A program made the translations under genes and the position numbers. A DNA stretch of 63,882 nucleotides, the filler included, from Barthelona sp. PAP020 (lineage: Eukaryota), in assembly GCA_040182905.1 (NCBI GenBank). It is 9 parts of 9 records of this genome, joined end to end, with 100 filler letters (N's around TTAATTAATTAA, not from the genome) between each part and the next. Parts side by side here need not be neighbours in the genome. Positions count along the whole stretch, not along the records: positions 35,650 to 42,663 come from JARQWU010000518.1; positions 42,764 to 49,748 come from JARQWU010000519.1; 7 more parts are not named here. One strand, 5' to 3'. The notes beneath the pieces are model-generated. The model saw only the letters and a program-made list of their open reading frames with translations. It was not told the DNA's origin and did not search any database. Position 1 is the first letter of the stretch. Each line of letters opens with the position of its first letter. Shown piece by piece: positions 37,065 to 46,825 of this stretch.

Positions 37065-40000
37065 TTAAAAAGTATTGCTTTTATTTTTCATTTCAAATTC
37101 ATCAAAATGATCTTTATAATCAGATTCTTCTATAAAATTTTCATCCTTTTCATCCTCTTCATCCAAATAAATTTCAGACTGAGAATCAAACAACAATTTT
37201 ATGTCCTGTTCATGAGGTTCAACATTGAACATTTTCCCATGGCTTTTCATAACATTGAATACTGACTTTCCAGTGATGCTTCCATTTGTACATTCTCTTC
37301 CATTGAAAAATAACTCAAATGCAGGAACTCTTTGAAAGGTGTCAAAATCCCCAATAAAAACAAATTTAGATTTTGCTCTGGTGAAAGCAACACACATTCG
37401 GTGAAAATTTTTTAAGAATCCAACCGAGTGAAAATTGTCTGAAAATGGATTTGAACTCCTGGTAAAGGAATAGATAATCATTGAAGCTTCTGCCCCTTGA
37501 AAACTATCAACAGTTTCAACTTTTATTTTATCCATGTAACGAGTTATTTCTGGGTCAAATCCATTTGGATTTCTAGCAGCAACATTTAATAAAATTTCTC
37601 GAATTTGATTTGCTTGTTCTCTATACGGCACAATGATTCCAATATGACTTGTGAAAGCATTTTCTGGCAATCTTTCCAATTCCCATTTCCAAGAACAATT
37701 CTTAACAATAGACTCATACGCTAATTTAACAGCAAAATAACACTCAACCAAACGATATGAGGAATCTCCCCTTTTTGGTTTTATGTTTGTCCCACATGAA
37801 CAACCAATATTAAAAAACTGTAGAGGATAATCATTATCAATCTTTTTTGGTAACAAGTCCAATGGTGTGCCTGGTTTCAATAAATTCCCGTAAAATAAGG
37901 CACTATTAAAACGAGTTATGATTTCATGAGATCGAAAATTATCAATAAAAGCAAATTGTTGCGAAGGAAGCAACAATTTACTCAATAATTCCAAACCAGA
38001 AATTTCAAAATGTTTGACGAGACATTCAGTAAACAAACGGCTTTCAATAAATATTCCCACATTTGGTTTCAATTGAGTTGTATCTCCTGTAAAAACACAA
38101 ACACAAGGTCTATCAAAACAACATAACAAAGCTAAGTCATTGCAAAATGATGATTTGGAAGATTCATCCATCAAAATAATGGACCTAGTAATGTTTCCTG
38201 TAAAACTATCAATTGTCGAACAAAAAATCTTTACAATATTTCTTTTTGTATCCATGGTTCTTTGAGAAACTAAATCATTGAGTTTATCGATAATGTACTC
38301 ATGTGCCATGACGATTCTCATTCTTTCACGGGTTGAAAGATGAAAAACATTTGAAATATTTTCAATGTTTTCAACCAATACTCTTATTTGTTTAAAAATC
38401 TCATCAAATTCAGTTTTCATACCCAAAACCAGCAAAATCTTAATTAAATCCTCAAAATCTTTAATTATATTCTCATCTACATATTTGTGTAAAATTTTAA
38501 TGATCACATTGTTCGATATATTCCTTTTAAAAATGAAAACTTCTTCAAAATCATTGAAAGGATCATTACAATGCTTGTAATTCATCTTTGAGATGAGTAA
38601 CTCAATCACCCTGTCTTGATATGATGACACAATGTGCATATAGGGAAATTGTTTGGGAGGTAAGTTGGTATGTTTCCAACAAATGGTTACATCCGATGCA
38701 AAATGCTCTTCAATCATGTCATGAATATTTTTTTCCACACCCAAGCATAAATCGAGCAAAAAGCTACAATCAGAATCGAATTTTTTGGGATTTTTCTTTT
38801 TTGATTTTGAATAATTAACAATTCTTCTGTTTTCATTGACTTCATGATAAAACAGTATGTAATTGACAGTTGATTCAACGTTATCAAAGATATTTTTCAC
38901 AGATGCTTCAATAGACTTGTAATTTGGTCCAAGACACAAAAAATCGATGGTTTTTTCCTTCAAAAGATATCCCATTGTCATACCTAACAATCTAGACTTA
39001 CCAGAACCTGCAGGACACAAAATTGAAGTCAAAAACTTGATATTTAATGTCTTTGTGTTTAGAAAATTAATAAGGTTCGAAAATGTCAGTATTAACTTAA
39101 TCAAAACAAATTTTTGCGTATTTGTTAATTGTTCATACGTGTTTTGCCCATCAGGCTTGTCTCTTCTCCAAATTTTATTCGTCAAAAAATCATTATCCAT
39201 GTTCAAATATTTATTTGAAGATATATTACTGGGTGGTAAACCACACCATTTAAAATTCCTGATACCTTTGTTTGTTTCAGCATCTGTTTGAAGATGAGCA
39301 TGAAAATTTCGAAAATTTCGATAAGCAACCTGAGACATGCATTGAATTGGAACAACGTAACTTATGTTGTCTGTTTCAAGGTCATTGAAAAATTCAGGCC
39401 TTGAAAAATTTGTACATGTTTGAAAAATGATAACCTGTGAAGAAATCCCTGAGATTGTGGTTAAAAGTCCAAGCTTAATCAGATCGTTTGATCTGTCCAA
39501 TTGTGATATAAATTGTTTTAAAGAAACAAGTAAAAACAAACCACCCTTTGAAAACTTTTGAACTTCCTGTTCAATTGGAATTGTGAATGCCATTTCAACG
39601 ATTTCTTTCTTTGACTCGCTTAAACCATGAAACTTCATGGCAATTAACTTGAAATCTTTTCTTTCTTTTTGCAAATAATGTTTTTTTTCTATGCTTTTCT
39701 GTTTCATCAATAACATTCTTACATATCTATTAGCAGAATCAAACAAAAGACCTCGAATTTTAGTAACTTTCATGTTTCTTCCCAAACTGTTCAATAATTT
39801 GACTTCATTCGCTTTTCTTTCAGAATAACCTGTTAAAGTGTTGCGTTTACTATTTGCTGTCTTTTGAAGTGCTTGATCTATTGCAAAAGTGTCAGCAACA
39901 AAAAAGTCCCAGTCAATCCTCTCCAAACTAATTTCGTAATCTTTGATCAATTTCAAGATATTTTTCTTCGTTTCAACATATTTAAGCAAAGTAAACAACT

Positions 40001-41630
40001 CAAAAAATGCTTCAAGTTTCCTTTTGTTAGATTCTACTGTCATTGTTTCTGTATTAAGACCTAGATTCAACTTTTCATAATTTAATCGAAAGTCTTGAAT
40101 ATCAGGATATGAAAGAAGTTCGGTAACTTTTGTAATCTTTTGTTCATCAAATTTCAACCCTTCAAATATGTTCAATAATGACTTACTTGAAGAATAAATT
40201 GGTAATTCTTTGAAATGGTTTGATGATTGCTTATATAAAGAATTTGAATATTTTTGAGCAATAATATCACATTTGTCAAGTAAATTTTTATTAAAAACCA
40301 AAGATTTTGCTCGTCCATAATAACACTCTTCAGACAAAAGAAAATACTTTGTTAATTCTAAAAGTGGCTCTTTTTCTTCAACTTCTTCAAACAATTCCTT
40401 TCGATAAACAAATAAATTGGTTAAAACTTCAGGTTTAGGAAGGCTAAAGCCCTTCAAAATATTATGGTCAATCTTTTCATCCTTTAAATCGATTGTGATC
40501 AACTTTCCTTCATCTATTTCGAAGTAACCATTTGGTAATTCATTGTTATGATAACCCAAAAAATTAACATCCAATTCATTACAAGTGATTCTATAAATGG
40601 AAACATCATACCATTTATTCAGATGTTTATGTTCATCAGTATGTGCAAAATGTATGTCTTCATCAATTATTAATAACCCGTAATTGTAGAACCTTATACT
40701 TTGACTTAAATCCTCATGCCTGTCAATATAATTCATCAAATCTTTTGAATAACCAAAAAAATTGATTAACCTATCCGAATTGTCATTGGCAAAAAATTGG
40801 ACGGATTTTGAAAAGAACTGTTTTAAAGTGTCAATATCAACTAACTCATTATTGGCCCACCCTCTAAAATATAATTCTTGCAAAATTCCACCAATCTGTC
40901 GATTTTTAAAAGGAATGGAACTCAACAATAAATTGTTTTTAAAATATTCAAATTCAGTTTGTTTGGTTATGTTTGCTGTCAATGAATCATTATCTTGAAT
41001 ACTACACGGCTTAAATTGATAAATACCAAGATCTTCAGTAACAATTTGGTAGAGCTTAAAGTAAACAGTGAAATTATCCACATTTTTACATAAGTAATAA
41101 GCTGTACATATGCCTAAAACATATGATAACTTATGAACGATAGTTGTAAGTTTTTCGTTGAAATTAGACTTCTTATTGATTGTTATTTCCTCATTCTTAT
41201 AGGTAACTTGTAATTTTTGATGAAACAAATGATCTTGACGTTCCATTAGCTTAGGATACATGGAATTAATTGTGTTATCAAAAGTGTTAATAATATCCAT
41301 ATGGTTTGGGGTCAAAAAAATGATATCATTTTTCTGGATTGTTTCATAATGAACCAAAACGTCATCACCAGTAATTTCAAGAATATAACAAAAACCACCT
41401 TCAAACTTGCTTGCAAAATTTGAAATATTATTTTGCCAAGTTCCTAATCCAGCAATAAAAATGTCTTTCATGTCATGAACCCTTCTATTTGAGCCCATAA
41501 ACTCTGTTCCCATGGTTGAGAAAGGTACTACCATGAAAATCTTGGCGTCAGAAAAGTTAAACAGTAATTTGTTTGGGTTGTAAGTATTGTCATTGACAAA
41601 ATAAAACATCTTTTTTTCCAATTCCCTCAT
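37065..41630 (-). CDS. Upf1/Sen1/DNA2-NAM7-like SF1 helicase with long unassigned N-terminus
   Basis: PAGSGKS (I), STIDS, ILMDESSK (II), GDTTQLKP (III), NFRSH (IV), GIIVPYREQ, VETVDSFQGAE (V), RMCVAFTRAK (VI). Confidence 0.9.
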   Translation of the reverse strand: MRELEKKMFYFVNDNTYNPNKLLFNFSDAKIFMVVPFSTMGTEFMGSNRRVHDMKDIFIAGLGTWQNNISNFASKFEGGFCYILEITGDDVLVHYETIQKNDIIFLTPNHMDIINTFDNTINSMYPKLMERQDHLFHQKLQVTYKNEEITINKKSNFNEKLTTIVHKLSYVLGICTAYYLCKNVDNFTVYFKLYQIVTEDLGIYQFKPCSIQDNDSLTANITKQTEFEYFKNNLLLSSIPFKNRQIGGILQELYFRGWANNELVDIDTLKQFFSKSVQFFANDNSDRLINFFGYSKDLMNYIDRHEDLSQSIRFYNYGLLIIDEDIHFAHTDEHKHLNKWYDVSIYRITCNELDVNFLGYHNNELPNGYFEIDEGKLITIDLKDEKIDHNILKGFSLPKPEVLTNLFVYRKELFEEVEEKEPLLELTKYFLLSEECYYGRAKSLVFNKNLLDKCDIIAQKYSNSLYKQSSNHFKELPIYSSSKSLLNIFEGLKFDEQKITKVTELLSYPDIQDFRLNYEKLNLGLNTETMTVESNKRKLEAFFELFTLLKYVETKKNILKLIKDYEISLERIDWDFFVADTFAIDQALQKTANSKRNTLTGYSERKANEVKLLNSLGRNMKVTKIRGLLFDSANRYVRMLLMKQKSIEKKHYLQKERKDFKLIAMKFHGLSESKKEIVEMAFTIPIEQEVQKFSKGGLFLLVSLKQFISQLDRSNDLIKLGLLTTISGISSQVIIFQTCTNFSRPEFFNDLETDNISYVVPIQCMSQVAYRNFRNFHAHLQTDAETNKGIRNFKWCGLPPSNISSNKYLNMDNDFLTNKIWRRDKPDGQNTYEQLTNTQKFVLIKLILTFSNLINFLNTKTLNIKFLTSILCPAGSGKSRLLGMTMGYLLKEKTIDFLCLGPNYKSIEASVKNIFDNVESTVNYILFYHEVNENRRIVNYSKSKKKNPKKFDSDCSFLLDLCLGVEKNIHDMIEEHFASDVTICWKHTNLPPKQFPYMHIVSSYQDRVIELLISKMNYKHCNDPFNDFEEVFIFKRNISNNVIIKILHKYVDENIIKDFEDLIKILLVLGMKTEFDEIFKQIRVLVENIENISNVFHLSTRERMRIVMAHEYIIDKLNDLVSQRTMDTKRNIVKIFCSTIDSFTGNITRSIILMDESSKSSFCNDLALLCCFDRPCVCVFTGDTTQLKPNVGIFIESRLFTECLVKHFEISGLELLSKLLLPSQQFAFIDNFRSHEIITRFNSALFYGNLLKPGTPLDLLPKKIDNDYPLQFFNIGCSCGTNIKPKRGDSSYRLVECYFAVKLAYESIVKNCSWKWELERLPENAFTSHIGIIVPYREQANQIREILLNVAARNPNGFDPEITRYMDKIKVETVDSFQGAEASMIIYSFTRSSNPFSDNFHSVGFLKNFHRMCVAFTRAKSKFVFIGDFDTFQRVPAFELFFNGRECTNGSITGKSVFNVMKSHGKMFNVEPHEQDIKLLFDSQSEIYLDEEDEKDENFIEESDYKDHFDEFEMKNKSNTF

Positions 41631-42546
41631 GTTAAACGAAAAGAGTGGTAAAAAGATTGATTTGGGCAAAGCATCATCTGGTCGACATTTTTATCATCCA
41701 AAAAACAAATTAAAAAATGTTTTTCTGACAGTTAATCACACACTTTATCAACAAGCAACATGAAATTTATGAAAAAAAGAAATTTTTTTTTTTTTTGAGC
41801 AAAAATGCTGAATATTGTCTTTCTATTTCCAAATAATGTAAAACGTTACAAATTCAAAAAAATAAACAAAGAAAAAGAAAGATACTTTTGGTCGACTTGA
41901 AACATTATTTGGGTCACAATTGAAAAATGTTATTTTTTTTTCAGTTTTAATATATTATTAAGAAATGTGTGATTCAGTGATATCAAATAAGCACATTGAA
42001 AAATGACCAAAAGCATTCAGATGTGTGATAGCTAATTTTGTTTTTATTTTATACATTTATAATTTTGAATATTAAGACTTTTGTTGCTTTGTATGTCAAT
42101 TTGTTCAATTTTAAAAAAAAAGAAAAAGAAAAAAGAACATTCAGCAAAATTGCAATCGAATGTTTTTCTGAATAGATATTTTCAATTTTTTGCATCTTAA
42201 AACAACAATTTATTCTGTTTAATTTCAGTTTTCTGAAAAAAATATCTTAATTACTAAATATCATTTCACTCTTCAAAATATAAAAATAAACAATTATTTT
42301 GTTGAATTAACGTCACATTTTAATTGATAGTAGAAATTCGGAAGAAGAGTGATTCACAAATCAAAAAAAACTACTTTTTTAAGAATAAATAAACATCATT
42401 TTGTATTATTTAAAGGCATAATTACAATTTTTTAAAAAATAAAAATCTTTTTGAATGAAAAAGAAATTATTTGAAATCTTTTTTTTGATTTCCTCATTCC
42501 ACCTTTGTTGCTATTTTAAATTGTCATTTGATATTTGTTGATTATT

Positions 42547-42663
42547 TTATGATGTTGCCATGGCTAGTCCGAATGGCAACTTTTTAGCTTCAAAAGGTTC
42601 CTCATCGAACCTGACACCCATCAATCTATAGTATTGTGGGTCCATTTGCATGTGATGATAGCC
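42547..42663 (-). mobile_element. Reverse transcriptase fragment (DIRS/Ty3-like), degenerate
   Basis: Manual translation GYHHMQMDPQYYRLMGVRFDEEPFEAKKLPFGLAMATS-stop matches the RT segment (AY/GY)xH...LPFGL; at a contig end. Confidence 0.78.
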
Positions 42664-42763
42664 NNNNNNNNNNNNNNNNNNNNNNNNNNNNNNNNNNNNN
42701 NNNNNNNTTAATTAATTAANNNNNNNNNNNNNNNNNNNNNNNNNNNNNNNNNNNNNNNNNNNN

Positions 42764-43566
42764 ATAAAGTGTTTGATGACTCCAGTTAATTTTGGCAAAA
42801 CACTCATTTGAGATGAAGCAATAGAGGAGATAGAAGTGGTTGATAGCAACGATTTTGTACTGTTTGAACTTTGAGAAGAATCTTTCACAACATTTAAAAT
42901 ATCCTGTTGAACTGGAAAAGTAATATCTGAAATTCTCATGGATTGCAAAGAACTCAAACTTTTGGGATGATTGACGTTGTTTAATGAATTCAAAACTGTA
43001 TTTATATTGGAGTTTGATTGAGGAAAGAATTCATAATCATCATAGAAATCACCAACAGGAGCACTGGCGGGAAAAGAAGCTGTCAATTCACTATGCAAAG
43101 AATTTATCGGTTCATCATCAAAAGATGTGCCAACAACCAATTGTTCAAAAGACGGGTTCACATTGTCAAATAAATCATTTTCAACAGCAAACGGGAAATC
43201 CTCTATGTCATTAAAATTATTATTATCTTCAAAATATGGCAAAGGTTCTTTTCCCAATGGATTGTTTTCAAGTTCATACCCAGTTGGAAATATGGGATAT
43301 GAAGAATTTATCGGAAACGGTTGATTTGTTTCTTCATATATAAGATTATTAGCCAAATCATCATCTTTGGTTCCTTGAGATTGATGTGTTAATAGTAACA
43401 AATCCTTTTTAAATCTAATTATTTCATCCTCATCAAGATATTTGTTTAATTCAGTTGTAGGTATCTGAACCAAGTAAAATAAATTGTTAATCTGCGAGTT
43501 AAAATGTGGAATTAATTTGGTGTACCCATGTTGACGACACCATGAAACTGCATCACTTCCAACCAT
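42764..43566 (-). CDS. SAM-domain protein, 3'-truncated
   Basis: N-terminal V..W....G.......F......L..L.......L SAM pattern; low-complexity linker; ends in LTGVIKHF at the gap. Confidence 0.6.
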
Positions 43567-44092
43567 TATTAATATTTTTTAATTGACAAAATGTAAGTTT
43601 GTAACAGGTAAATGTTAAAAAAAACTTCGATGTGCTTCTAATTTTTTTTTTTTACAAAAGTATTATAAACACAATATTTGATTTTATTTAACAATGCATA
43701 ATTCTTCATCATTTTTTATTTCAATTTTGAGTTTTGAATTTATTGGGTTTCGATTTTTTCTTTGATATTTTTTCTGAAGAAAAATTCTTCTCAATTTTTT
43801 ATTATCTTGAACATTTAATAAAACAAAGTTTGGTTTGGAGATCTTTCTTTGAAAAAATGTGGATTTTCTGAAAAATGATTTGTAACTATTTTATCCCCAG
43901 GAGATACTTTATAGGGGGTAAATTGTTGATCATTAGTATGAGAATAGTTTTTATTTTCCTATTGAGGTCATTTTTTCAAAAATTTGCAATGTCCGGTAAA
44001 CAATAAATAATTGGTGAAGAGTTATTTACAAAAAACGCAAGTTTAACGTAAGTTTCAACAGTTGTGAATAGCAACCAAAAATTGAAAAAACA

Positions 44093-44926
44093 TCAGGTAT
44101 TTTTGGGTTCAAAAAATTCGTCATCGTCGTCCACAATTATTTGATTTTGAATATCAATAAATCTTTGCTCTAACCTTTGTGAATGTGTGGGAGAAATAAT
44201 ATTCAAACTGTTTCTGTTCAAACTATTTCTTTGGCCAATTGGAGAAACAAATTCATTTGTTGGACTTTCCTCAATTTCCATATTATATGATCGACTGGTT
44301 GAAGTTGTATTTAACGGTATATGAGACGGTAGAGGTGAAGGAGAATCCGAATTTAGTCTCGTTCCTGAAGGTGGAGTTTCCAATAACAACGTGGCAAGAT
44401 CAATAGTTTCAGATTCTTGCATCGTTTTATTGTTATCAACCATATTATCATTAAAAATATAGATTAATGTGGGTGGACATCGAAATACGTATCCTCCAGC
44501 TAATTGACGTTTGGCAAATCTAAAATTAACATTGGCTGTAAAATGACTGTGTTCTAAAGGTACAAAAAAACAACAACTTGGAAATTTTAAAAAGCATGAT
44601 AAATTAACCCGGATTTTTCCAATTCTTTCTTTTTTTACCAATTTGGTTTCATTATTTATAAATACATCCCCTAAAAACATACAATTATCTAATAACATAT
44701 CTCTAGAAGAAGAAGCACTCAATTCAATATCAAAATTAAAAGTGTCTTTAAATTCAACACCATCAACTGATGTTCTGGCTAATGAAGTGGATTCATTAAA
44801 ATTATCACAAGTGAATTCACACCAAGAAGGACAATTTACTGGCAATGACCCAGAAATGGAAAGTAAAGATAATGAAATGTGAAATTTAAAAGTGTTCGTA
44901 TTTCTTTTGAAAATATTAAATATCAT
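44093..44926 (-). CDS. NT-type C2 domain protein (EEIG1/EHBP1 family)
   Basis: N-terminal FKFHISL..., IGKIRVNLSCF, VPLE.S..TA.V pattern; S/P-rich tail. Confidence 0.6.
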   Translation of the reverse strand: MIFNIFKRNTNTFKFHISLSLLSISGSLPVNCPSWCEFTCDNFNESTSLARTSVDGVEFKDTFNFDIELSASSSRDMLLDNCMFLGDVFINNETKLVKKERIGKIRVNLSCFLKFPSCCFFVPLEHSHFTANVNFRFAKRQLAGGYVFRCPPTLIYIFNDNMVDNNKTMQESETIDLATLLLETPPSGTRLNSDSPSPLPSHIPLNTTSTSRSYNMEIEESPTNEFVSPIGQRNSLNRNSLNIISPTHSQRLEQRFIDIQNQIIVDDDDEFFEPKNT

Positions 44927-45030
44927 TGCAAAAAAACATTATTTTTCTTTGACAAAAACAAAAACAAAAACAAAAAAATTTTTTTTTCAAACCATCAAAT
45001 CATCAGTTATTTTTTAAAAAGATCACATGA

Positions 45031-45594
45031 ATGAAAAGTCCAAAAAAGTTGAGATTTTGCAAACACATATTATTATTTAATAGTTATTTGGAAAATTTAC
45101 CCGTTGTTATTGACAGAAGAGATTCAAAAAGAATAATATTATTAAATGACAATGAATTATATGTTGAATGGGCATGTTCATTAGTTTTTAAAAATCTTTT
45201 TGATATGTATAATGAAAACAATTTGCCTTTTGAAGAAGAAAAAAAGAAACTAGAATTAATTGATCCTCAAGCCCACATAATAATTTGTCAAAATGAAAAT
45301 CATCGACCAATGGGATTTGTTCATTTCAGAATTTTACAAGATGAACATACTAAAGATACTATTTTTTGGATATGGGAAATTCAAGTTGACAATTCATTTC
45401 AAAAGTGTGGCATTGGAAGTTATTTATTAGAAGTTACCAAGAATTTAGCAATTTCAACTGGATTTGAAAAAATTCAATTGGCCGTTTTGAATGTAAATAT
45501 GCCAGCTAAATTCTTTTACACAAAGCATGGTTTCAAAAAATTGGATTATGTAATGATCCCTGAGAATATAGAATGTTGGGAATTAAATGTATAA
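45031..45594 (+). CDS. NAA40: GNAT acetyltransferase, NAA40 (NatD)-like
   Basis: W...L...N...MY, K..EL, GFVHFR, WEIQV..FQKCGIG, N.PA..FY...GF. Confidence 0.75.
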   Translation: MKSPKKLRFCKHILLFNSYLENLPVVIDRRDSKRIILLNDNELYVEWACSLVFKNLFDMYNENNLPFEEEKKKLELIDPQAHIIICQNENHRPMGFVHFRILQDEHTKDTIFWIWEIQVDNSFQKCGIGSYLLEVTKNLAISTGFEKIQLAVLNVNMPAKFFYTKHGFKKLDYVMIPENIECWELNV

Positions 45595-45707
45595 ATGTAT
45601 TTCATGATTTTTTTTACACAAACAAAAAAAAACAAACAAAAATAAAAAATTTCTTTTATAAATCTGAAAAAACAGTGAGTATGATACATTCTTGTTAAAT
45701 TTCACAA

Positions 45708-46538
45708 CTAAATGTTTAATTCAACTTGAGGATTGTATAGAGAAACACTTTTATTTTTATTTGGAACTTTCTTCTTATTGAATAACCAACTATACCACCA
45801 TTCATTAGTATTTCTGCCATCAAATGCAAGAAACAGATGATAAACACAATATACCATTAATACACCGAGTAAAACTTTCAAACTCGTTATTTCAAAAGAA
45901 TTAGTTGGATCAAAATATGAAACATAAAAGACGCATATTAAAATGGTTGAAATAACAGTAACAACTAAATGTACAATTGAATCTGTCCTACAATTTGATT
46001 TAAACATCACAACAGATGTTACTATTCCTCCAGGAAGAATGGAAAGATACACCAAAATCATTGGGAAAGAGGGAATATGATACCATAAAACCAAACAAAT
46101 AACAAAAAAGCCTAAAGTAAAGTAAAGTGACTCAAAGACTAATGAGCGATGATGTTTAAATTGAAAAACACAGGAAATGGTTGATATTAATAACAATAGA
46201 ATAAAAGGACCAATTATCACCCATATATTGCTCGTATGATGATAAGATAAAAACCAACCCAACAATATTTCAACAGTGGTTTTAGGAATATATACAAGTG
46301 CTGTTCCAATAAGACAATCAACATCAACAATATCAGGATAAGAAGTTGACATGTTAAAATATATTCTGACAGCCATAATAGCAGATATGAATGTTAAAAA
46401 ATCTAAAATATACATTGGGCATAATATAAAATACCATGAAAAACGTTGATCAAATGAAAAATAATGTAAATAGATCAAAAGAATGGTTAAAAAAAAACAC
46501 AATGATGTAACAAATCTCGGATAGTTAAAAACTCCCAT
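45708..46538 (-). CDS. Multi-pass membrane protein, TMEM185/TMEM60-like
   Basis: ~7 hydrophobic segments; SWYFILCP..I.D and IWVIIGP repeats. Confidence 0.55.
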   Translation of the reverse strand: MGVFNYPRFVTSLCFFLTILLIYLHYFSFDQRFSWYFILCPMYILDFLTFISAIMAVRIYFNMSTSYPDIVDVDCLIGTALVYIPKTTVEILLGWFLSYHHTSNIWVIIGPFILLLLISTISCVFQFKHHRSLVFESLYFTLGFFVICLVLWYHIPSFPMILVYLSILPGGIVTSVVMFKSNCRTDSIVHLVVTVISTILICVFYVSYFDPTNSFEITSLKVLLGVLMVYCVYHLFLAFDGRNTNEWWYSWLFNKKKVPNKNKSVSLYNPQVELNI

Positions 46539-46825
46539 AAATTATACGCACATATATTAATATTAATAAATAACCCAAAAAATATCACTATTGAGGAAAT
46601 ATATCCTATTTAAAGAACAAAACCTATTTAAAGAAAAGATTTTTTACAAAAGAAATTTCCTTTTTTTAAAAACAAATTTTGATCAATTGAATCGATCAGT
46701 ATGTTAAATTTGAAAGAATAATAATGTCAACATATTTTGAAATGAGAGTTTCTTGATTTTTTGATTTGGTTTTTTAAAAGCTATAAAATAATGATCAAAT
46801 AATAAAATTTATATATATATTTATT

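Noticed and set aside
37065..37067. Genome-wide stop-codon reassignment
   Set aside because: TAA, TAG and TGA all end conserved genes at expected positions (TPI, Rab, RPB2), and conserved domains have no internal stops.
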